A stretch of DNA of 64,000 bases from NCBI GenBank assembly GCA_001938485.1, contig MQRK01237686.1:1-64000 (forward strand). Direction: 5' to 3'. This document shows, piece after piece, positions 54,648 through 64,000 of the stretch (position 1 is its first letter; each line of letters opens with the position of its first letter). Source of the DNA: Girardia tigrina (Eukaryota). Position numbers and translations under genes: made by a program. The notes under the pieces are model-generated. The model saw only the letters and a list, made by a program, of their open reading frames with translations, had not been told where the DNA came from and made no database searches.

Positions 54648-55260
54648 TGGATAAGTGGTTGAAACAAGGAGAAACACGTTATGGGAATGGTACCCAATCA
54701 ACAGATACTTTGCAGAAAATACAAACGCAGAAAAAAATGTAATGTAATGAATACATCAAATATGGATTTTCATTTGTGGAAGACAAAAACGGTCCTAAAC
54801 AGCAATGTTTTGTGTGAGGAGATATATTATCCAACGGCTGTATGAAACCTTCCTTGCTTTTACGACATTTGCAAAAATAACATGCAAATTAAAAAAACAA
54901 AGATCGTAATTTTTTAAACGCATATCGAAATCTAAGAAAAAATCAAATTTTTCATCTTATATCCTATCAGCTAACAAGGAGCTTGAAAATGATGTGGAAG
55001 CCAGTTACCATATTAGTTACCATATTGATTACGTATTCTTGATGTATAATGTATGCTTGGTGAAGAAGTAGTATCAGAATCAACAGAATTCCTCTGTCAA
55101 ATAACTCAGTATCACGAAGAGTTCAGGATATGTCTGAAGACGCAGAAATAACAATAATTAATTGAATTAAAAACAACAATTTTTTACCATTCAAGTTGAT
55201 GAAAGTACAGATGTCGCTAATTTTGCTGTTTTGCTTGTTTATATTTTTCTTTTGTATATT
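54648..55260 (+). mobile_element. hAT Buster/ZBED-like transposase 5' remnant
   Basis: MDKWLK...YIKYGF...QCFV...LSNGCMKPSLLLRHL...PLSNNSVSRRVQDMS...VDESTDV. Confidence 0.9.
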
Positions 55261-57222
55261 CATTTTTGCCACGGACATCATTTTGTTCTCAAAAAGCTGC
55301 CGCATCCTGTATTTGAGAGGATTTCTTAGATTCATTGATAGAAAGTTCGTACAGTAAATATTATTAGGGTATGATGTAATGGCGGACATAATTTTTAAAA
55401 CACTTGTAATAAATTTAATATATTATAACACAAATAAATAAAGTTGTTGTAAAATCTAAATTCAGTAACATTCTTCGACACAATTAATTTAAGTACGTGT
55501 AACTAAAAATAAAACGATTCCATGTATTTTTTTTATTAATTCATTTGATAAATTAATAATACCGTAATTTTTATTATTAAAAATTTTATCCTTAGTTGCT
55601 ATTGAAAATATTTTCAAAATAAGTATTTTTCCTAAATTAAGGAACTCGATATTGCCCTCTATCTTACAGAACTTTATCTGTAAATACCTATTAAAGTTCC
55701 TGTAACTCCTTACACTTGTAACGTCACTATCCTAAACGATGTGATTGAATCTGTTAAATACCGATTGACCTTCCGTTCTGTTTCTGTATTTTTCTTATTA
55801 TTTTTTCTGAAAGAATTATCATTTTTACCATTTTTATGGCATGATGCTCGTCCACTCATGTCATAATTTACTGTCCAAAACTTTTTTATATTACTTACTT
55901 TTTAACTTTTAATACTCAAATTTCTTTTAATTATTTTTAATTATTTATTTTCAAAAATATATTTTCAAAAAAAAAGAATCTGCAAGACTTTTCAAATTAA
56001 TTTTGATTTGGGAAAAATGACAATTTGTTTTTTTTATTCATTTTTAAGAAAAAAATAATTAAATTTCAAAGTTTTCGTTTAAAAATAAAAACAAGATGAA
56101 GGAAAAACGAAAGAAAATACGAAGTACAAATATTTTTAGATTTGTTTTTTTCTTATTAATAATTAATATTTAAAAGAAAAAAAATAGGAAAATTATATTT
56201 GTAATTATTTCCAATAAATATTTCCCATTTTTGCATAAATATTATTATTGGATTAACCCACAAAAATTGTTTGTTTAATGGTCGCGTGTTAATAATGTGG
56301 CAGGGATTACGCCGTCCCAGACGTGTTTTTCATGGGATTTAAACCTATAGAAACATTAATCCAAAAATCTTTTTTCTTTCTTTATTTTTTTTCAAAAAAA
56401 ATTAAATATTTATTTTGAAACTACTTATTTTTATTACAAATAATCAATTGAATTTGTCTGGGAAAGAATAAATTTATTTTCAAGTGTACTTTGGAATACT
56501 TCTTTTTCTGTTCCCCAAAAAACATTTTTCTTAATCTGATATTTTGAAGAAATATTTTAATTTATATAATTTACTGCTTTTAAGATAGAATTTTTAAATA
56601 TTTTTAATCATTTTGAATAAGGTGCAGTTAGAACATACAGAATTTCTAAACTGATTTTATTAGAGTTACCTATAGACTTAGTGATGGTAGCAGAGTCACT
56701 GTGCTGATGCCCGTTTTTGACATACTTGAGAGTTTGTTTTGGATTGAATCGTTTTATCAAAGTAAAACAAAAACGAATCATCAAAGTTTTATCTTTCTTC
56801 ACAAATGATCAGCCCAAAAGATCTTCAAATTCGAAAACAAAATAATCATATAATCGCCAAAATAGTAATTTGTCCCTCCAAAAAAATTTTAAACAAAAAT
56901 TCGTGTCAACAAAAATTTTTTACATGCTACTCAATGATGAAACTTTCTATTTACAAATAAATGTAAAGTAAAAAATCTTTTTCAACCTCCAAAAATGAGG
57001 CCTAAATGTTGTTACAATAATTTCAATCATGATGATGGAAATAGAGTTAAGTCATTTGAGTTTGAAGTGTCATTCTTACAAAATCTTGGACTATAATGTT
57101 ATAAAGTGGTAAAAGAACAGTCAAATAATTCTTTTAACATGATTGAAAAAATAGAAAAAAAACATTAATAAATTTTATATAGAATTTACTTAGAGTTAGT
57201 TTTAAACTTTACAATTGATACA

Positions 57223-57261
<39 letters not shown>

Positions 57262-57362
57262 AAATAAGATTTTTTTAGAAATTATACTACAAATNNNNNN
57301 NNNNNNNNNNNNNNNNNNNNNNNNNNNNNNNNNNNNNNNNNNNNAACTTTACAATTGATACA

Positions 57363-57403
<41 letters not shown>

Positions 57404-57436
57404 AAATAAGATTTTTTTAGAAATTATACTACAAAT

Positions 57437-58047
57437 TGTGAGAAGTGGTTGCAACCTCAATATCAGAATTCATTTTTTTAACACCGAAATTTATTAATAT
57501 AACAACAATTCACATATTTAAACAAATTTTTCTGTTAATTTAATTATCTCGCCACAAATTAATCTATTAAATTCTTTTCGATTCAATTTTTAAAATCTTG
57601 CAAATTTATTAAATACATTTCACATTAAAACTAAAAATTTATTTTTAAATTTATTTAAAATTGTTTCATAACTTCTATTAAAATATATAAATTGTTATGA
57701 CTGTAAAAATATTTTTATTTAAAAATAAATATTTAATATTTAATGGTTTTCTTATTATTGTTAATTTTAAGATATTTAATGGATACATTAAAAAGATATT
57801 TTTTTTATTTATAAATAGAAATTTAATTTTTTATGATTTTCTTTTATTATATCATTTTTAATTTTTAAAATATCTACAAAACACATCAAAAATATATTTT
57901 ATTTTTAAATACGTATTTGATTTTTTTAATAATTGTTTTATTATATCCTTTTTAATAAGCATATTAACATTTAAATATTTTACCTTTTAAATTAAAAAAA
58001 AATATTAATTATTCTGGCGAGATACAAATTTAAATTAACCCCTCATA
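57437..58047 (-). mobile_element. Solo-LTR-like element (subfamily C)
   Basis: Perfect TSD CAAAT. Ends (minus strand) TATGAGGGG...TTCTCACA. ATG at 57473 gives MNSDIEVATTSH +1 nt. Confidence 0.85.
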
Positions 58048-58964
58048 CAAATCATTAAAATTGTCTTACCATATAGGTTCATGGAAGGTTGTTCCAGGGC
58101 TTTCTCAACATTAGGAACTCAATAATGAATTTCTAACTATTTAGCTGCGTGAATGAAAAAATATAATATTTCATTATACAATTTGGTAAATATATAATGG
58201 AAGAAAGAAATGGACAGGTGAAAGACATACATGTAAAACTGAATTCTTACGACTGTAGTCCATTTGGATTGAATGGAGTCATATATGTTAACCAAAGAGA
58301 AAATTAAAACGCTTCCCCTACAACCTTCTATGAAGTTTGAAACAGTGGTTCCAGGAATCTTCAGATTCCCAAGATTATGATCTATGAAAGTTTTCTTTTA
58401 ATATAAATCTTAATTATACGCTTTAAATAATAATTTCGGTCGTGAAACTTAATTAGATAATATTTTTCAGTTCCTCTGTTTTATTTTTAACACTTAACCA
58501 TTCCACGGTAAAACTAATTATATTCTTCGAATAATAGCTTTTGGAAGCAAATTAACAGATCGGGAAATATAATTATTCAATCAAAGATAGTTCAAGAAAT
58601 GGTTCATACTTACATTAACTTCTCTCTACCGAATCAACGTTTTAGGGATCTTGATGTGCTTCATCTGCTCAAGTTTAAAGTTTTCAATGGGTTTGCAAGC
58701 ATATATATACAGATTTCTAGGCCTCCTTGAGGCTTCGCGAAAGTCGTTTTTATCAATGCAGTCAAGCTGAAGATTTAAAGGTCTTTATTACATGAAAGGC
58801 CTACGAATGCAAATATTTCTACGACAAGTCGTCTTTAAGGTAGGTTTAACATCCTTCAAGATTAAGCAGATGTACATCATATAATTCACAATTAAAAAAA
58901 TAAATTTAAATAATTTATTTCATATAAGTTTTGTAGAATGTTAATGTCGTAACATCTCAAATAC

Positions 58965-59737
58965 GTACGTAACCCTGACGACGACCTGTTGGTAAACGAT
59001 TTGATCATAAATATCAACTACCTACGGTAAAACATGGAGGTTGTAAAGTGTTGATTTTGGGAACTTTTAGCCGTTGCATAGAAGGAATAACGGATCAATC
59101 TATGTACAAGGATATCATCAGTACTAAAATGTTACCTTTTGCAAAAGATAAAATGCCTCGAGGTTGGATATTTCAACAGGATAATGAACCAAAGCACACG
59201 GTCAAAACAGAACAAGATTTTTTCAAAGCAAATAAAATTTGTGTTTTGAAGTGGCTATCGCAAAGTCCGGACTTAATTCATATTGAGTATATTTGGGAAT
59301 ACATTGATCGTCATTTGAAAGGCAATAAGCCAAAACGTAAGAACAATCTCTACGAAAAATTCAAAATTAATGGAGTAGCATTCCTTTGGATGTGATTAAC
59401 AAATTAGTGGACTCAATGCCTGATCTTTGTAAAGCAGTTTTAGCTTCGAAAGGTTATGCTTTTTACAATTTACAATTTCTATCAATTGTTATCAAAAATA
59501 TTTGTTTTTATAATAAAATTTTGAATTGTCCACAGACTTTTGCCCGAGTTAAAATTTGAAAATTGAATGTTCGTCATAAAAAATATTAACAAAATTAAAA
59601 AAAGATTTATTTAGCGTAAAAGATTAGAAGAAATTACATTTCTGGTCAAAATTCAGGCTGCCCACCTTATTAACTCATCGCTTAATTGGGAAAATTTTGA
59701 TTTTTTACTGTCCACAGACTTTTGCACGCTACTGTAT
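58965..59737 (+). mobile_element. Tc1 transposon 3' half with IR-DR terminus
   Basis: TVKHGG, FQQDNEPKHT, WLSQSPDLIHIEYIW. Two copies of tgtccacagacttttgc (59528, 59709) and end ctactgta. Confidence 0.9.
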
Positions 59738-60217
59738 GTACCAAAATTAATCGTTTATATTAGTTCTTAGACGAAAGTCTAAAGGGTAGTAGTTTCAAAA
59801 TGTTATGTGGATTATTTCGCGACATTGCACAATTGTATATATTATATATGATAAACAAAACTATGAATATTAATATAACAATATTCCTATAACAAGTGAC
59901 ATATAATGATAGTAATTGTAGCAGTCGATACTTGTTAATATTAAGGCATCCGGTTATTATAATTTTGGGGTTGGGTAAATCAATAACCATCCTAAATTTT
60001 GGCCTCGATTTGAATGGGAAATAAAATATTTTATTATGAAGTAATATACTATCGATTTTAAATAAATCTATTTTGTATAATAGATGAAGTGCTTCTATTA
60101 TTACTATTATTATAACTGTATAACAATTGTATTTTTACCATGATAAGTATAGTTCTATTTATAATACACTCATCCATAATTAATATGGACGTAAAAGTCA
60201 AATTATAAGAAATCACA

Positions 60218-60476
60218 TCGTCGCCGTTGAGTCAATACCTCGTAAGTGACAATTTTTCACATTTTCATTTTAATGCTTGAAACGGTAGAGGAAAGCAATG
60301 TTGTCATGGTGTATTGACTCGGCGGCGACGATTTGTAAATGCTGTTATAATTTAAAAGTATAAAATTTAATTAAATGTAATTATTAAATATTTCGTCGCC
60401 GTCGAGTCAATTTTTTTATTGATTTCAGACAAATCTTTATATTTGTACTTACGAGATATTGACTCGACGGCGACGA
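60218..60476. mobile_element. Palindromic MITE with four copies of tcgtcgccgtYgagtcaat
   Basis: ~34-bp outer inverted repeats plus an inner inverted pair. Confidence 0.8.
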
Positions 60477-60779
60477 TATCGATTTATAATACAAACACTG
60501 TTTATTGTGTACAATTAATAGAAAATTGTGTGAAATATAATAATAATTTATACATTTTTTTAAAGTATTTCATTTTTAATTGACTTTTGCGAGCATGAAA
60601 AACAAAAATTCAAAACCAAAGAGAAAGGATTTAAATATCGAAGAGAAACAGGAATTGTTAAAATTATTTGATGACGATATATGTTGTTCTTAACGCTTTC
60701 TTTCAGTAAAATACAATTTGTCGTTAGGTTGAATAAATAATCTTTTACAATCCTTTTTTTTATTTTGAATTTAAACTTG

Positions 60780-61115
60780 AATACCAAATAAAAATGAAAA
60801 ACATATTTACGTAGAGGTTTTCAAATTGATGTCATCTTGTATGAATGGTTTCAGATCCAGAGGACAAGAAATATCAGTGTTAGTGGTGATACATAACCAC
60901 AAAAAGCATTAGAAATGGAAAATCACTTAGAAAATCATGATTTGAAAGCATCAAAAGGTAGGCTAAATTCTTTTCTTTCCAGGCATAAAATATTATCAAA
61001 AACATTAGTAGATGAAAGGTACCTGCTTGATTTTAAGGATATGTTTAAGGAGAACTTAAAAGAATATGAAGATAGAAAAGTTATAAATGTGGCGAAAATA
61101 GACTGTTCTGTACGT
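60780..61115 (+). mobile_element. Tigger/pogo transposase (CENP-B HTH) remnant
   Basis: LYEWFQIQRTRNISVSG...LKASKGRLNSFLSRHKI. Confidence 0.8.
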
Positions 61116-61146
61116 GTGCCTTAAACAGAAAATATAACATAATACA

Positions 61147-62584
61147 GTGACCATTCTCCATGCAATATGCAACAAAATTTTAAAAAGTGGAGTTTGGCCG
61201 TCACAATTGTCTGAATCTATCCTCATACCAATACCGAAGAAAGCAAATAGTAAAAAGTGCAGCAACTTTAGAACGATTAGTTTGATCAGTCACGCATTAA
61301 AGGTTATGTTGAAAGTGTTACAAAGAAGAATCACACCGAAAGTGGAACAAGTTCTTAGCCAGATTCAGGCAGGCTTCAGAAGAGACCGCAGCACTACCGA
61401 GCAGATAACCAACTTAAGACTAATTTGTGAGAAAACAAGAGACCACAAACGAATAATTTGTCATAACTTTATAGATTTCAAAAAAACTTTTGACAGGGTG
61501 TGGCACAAAGCATTATGACACACAATGAATAAACACAACATAAGAAAACATATCACGAATACTATTAAGAGGCTTTACGAAGATACAAAGACAAAAGTGT
61601 TGACAAGTGAGCAATTAAGCGACTGGTTTAAATCATCAGAAGGAGTAAGACAAGGTTGCATTCTTTCACCAACACTGTTCAACCTTTTTCTTGAGAGAAT
61701 TGTTATGGAAGCAATAGAAGATCTAGACGATGTTGGAATAAGCTGCAGAGGAACAAAAATAACCAACCTACGATTTGCTGATGACATAGACCTAATCGGC
61801 AAAGATGAGGCAGAGATTCAGGAACTCACGAACAGATTACACAAAGCGTCAAACAATTTCGGAATGGAAATCAACAGACAAAAAAGCAAAGTAATGGTGT
61901 CAGGAAACCATAACAACGAGGTTAAACTGGATATTTTCATTGAAGGAGAGAAGCTGGAACAAGTAAGGAGTTTCAAATATTTAGGCTCTACTATCACAGA
62001 GAATGGCGGAAGCGAAAAAGAAATCAGAAGCCGGATTGGTATATCAACAAGCGCAATGATTAAGCTTAGCACAGTTTTTAACCTCAAAGAAATCCATCTC
62101 AAGAGCAGATTGAAGATCACTAAGGCTGTTGTCTGGGTAACACTCCTCTATGGATGCGAGAGTTGGACAATAAATCAGAAGAGTATGGATAGGCTTAAAG
62201 CGTTTGAAATGAAGTGCTACAGGAGAATGCTGAAGATCACGTGGAAAGAAAAGAAGACAAATGACTTATTTTGGAGGAGAGTGACAGAAATACTAGGTAA
62301 AAGACCGGAAACAATAGAAGAGATCATCAAGAGAAGGAAGCTGAAATTCTACGGTCATCAAATAAGAAAACAAGCATTAGCAAAGGTTATGATTGAGGGA
62401 AGAGGGGAAGGAGAAAGACCAAGAGCAAGACCAAAGATGCAATGGATGGACCGTTTAAAAGAATGGACGGGAATGAGTATGTAATGTCTGAGAAAAGAAG
62501 CTACAAATAGAAAGATGTGGCGAAGGCTTGTTTATAATTGGGTGCATCCTCGGCCCAACAACTAGGGTTAAAAGAAGAAGAAGA
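61147..62584 (+). mobile_element. 5'-truncated RTE-clade non-LTR retrotransposon (reverse transcriptase)
   Basis: ORFs 61147-61518 and 61525-62484 are in the same frame, split by one TGA. Motifs QAGFR, GVRQGCILSP, RFADD, FKYLGS, LLYGCESW. (GAA)n tail. Confidence 0.95.
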
Positions 62585-63232
62585 TAACATATAGAAAGTA
62601 ATATGAGTATCAATATGTTTGGTTTCCGTCATAATTAAGATACTCTCAGATTTTTTCAGTGTAAAGCGAATAAGGTATTTCATTTGGAGGAAAACAGTTT
62701 TGTTGGAATTGAAAAGGATGAATACGGGTGAAAATGCATAATTTTCCATTGTTTTCTTTAAATAAAATAGTGATAAGTAAGTGCAAAGGTTATAAAGATT
62801 TTTTAATGTGTGTTTATGACTTTTTGTACCACAATGAATGGTTGCATGTAAAATATGATGGTTATTTTTCCATTTCCCTATAATATAAGGATATAACTAT
62901 TTGCATAACTTATTAATAAATGATAAATCATTCACTATTATAATATTGCAAAGAAGTATTTCTTTTAAATTTTAAATCCATCTGAGGTTATTTCGCTTCG
63001 ATTAAATTATAAAATAATGTATACCCAAATCACTTATATATTTATGGACAGTTTCAGATTATTAATTATGAATTATATGTAGTTGGTTATAAATAAATGC
63101 AAAAATATTTTAATCAAAAAAGAACAGATGTAAATAAAATTATATTTGGGAGTCATTGATAGAAGATAGGAAATAAATTAGATTGATTGTCTTGTCAGGG
63201 TTCTTAAGGATTATGTTAGGTTTTAGTAAAAA

Positions 63233-63430
63233 CAGGGTTGCAGAGTCGGAGTTTAAGGATTTTTGGGGAAGTCGAAGTTGGATTCGAAGGCTGAATCTAA
63301 GTCGGAGTCATGAAACTCGATACCGACTATGACTTCGACCAAAATAAGAACAAACATTACACATTCACCTAAAAAAGGAGTTGGAGTCAGAGTCAGAGGC
63401 CAACAATTTTAATCCGACTCCGCAGCTCTG
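63233..63430. mobile_element. hAT-derived MITE
   Basis: TIRs cagggttgcagagtcgga / tccgactccgcagctctg with ggagtc subterminal repeats. Confidence 0.75.
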
Positions 63431-64000
63431 GTTTTTATCTTTCTATTTTTTTTTAATATTATGGGATAAATATTTGAAGATGATCTTTCTATTTTAAAAT
63501 CTATTATTTTATTTAAATTTAAGTTTTCTAAAGAAATTTAACTCAATCTTCGCAGTTCATGTAAAATAATAAAAGATTTATTTCTTCGATATTTTATATA
63601 AATAAACGTTCATCGTTTCACTGCTTCACGTCGTGGAATTTTATGTTCGACAACGTAAGATAGGAATATTAAGAAAAAAAGATAATTTAAATTTTGTTTT
63701 TGTAAAAAACTAAAAAATTATTTTCGTATAAATTTAAAATTTTTTGTTTAATTTTGAGAAATATTATTTATTCCCAGAAAAATTAAGACTCATTTGGCAA
63801 AGAAATTTAATGAGATTTTTATTAATGAATTTAACAATTTCTATTCAAATGATTTTAACTTAAAATAAATAAATACGGAAATAATGAAATAAGAGAAACT
63901 GTTTTGACAAATTATAATTGAAAATATCATTTTAATAAAAGATTAAGAAAAGGAAGATTGACAGAATGTCAGTTCTGCTGTTCGTGTTCTCACTTCGTGT

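Noticed and set aside
57205-57436. ~90-bp direct duplication around a 50-N gap
   Set aside because: Identical sequence with a (TA)n tract on both sides of a scaffold gap; most likely an unmerged contig overlap.
60218-60476. CRISPR-like repeat array
   Set aside because: Repeats alternate in orientation with irregular spacing; eukaryotic context and no cas genes.

Overview
Very AT-rich eukaryotic (metazoan) draft-assembly DNA with several N gaps. A flatworm-like host is only a guess, based on AT content, a 49-bp intron and the 18S fragment. No complete host gene is visible. The window is a nested transposon graveyard: many mariner/Tc1/pogo, hAT, MULE and piggyBac remnants, Ty3/gypsy and BEL/Pao remnants, Penelope remnants with hammerhead ribozymes, and one nearly intact 5'-truncated RTE LINE. 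Scattered among them are orphan host-gene fragments (RNF14-like RWD domain, receptor guanylate cyclase exons, Rab19/43-like, HECTD1 N-terminus, 18S rRNA). The most striking unexplained structure is a set of about a dozen 130-700 bp solo-LTR-like elements from at least three diverged subfamilies, most bounded by 5-bp target-site duplications. Nearly all carry a short start-codon-initiated frame (12-32 codons) that runs out through the 3' terminus in the same phase (3n+1 nt), with codon-sized indels between copies and subfamily-specific non-canonical ends (TG...TA, TA...CA). All assignments were made by eye, without database searches.
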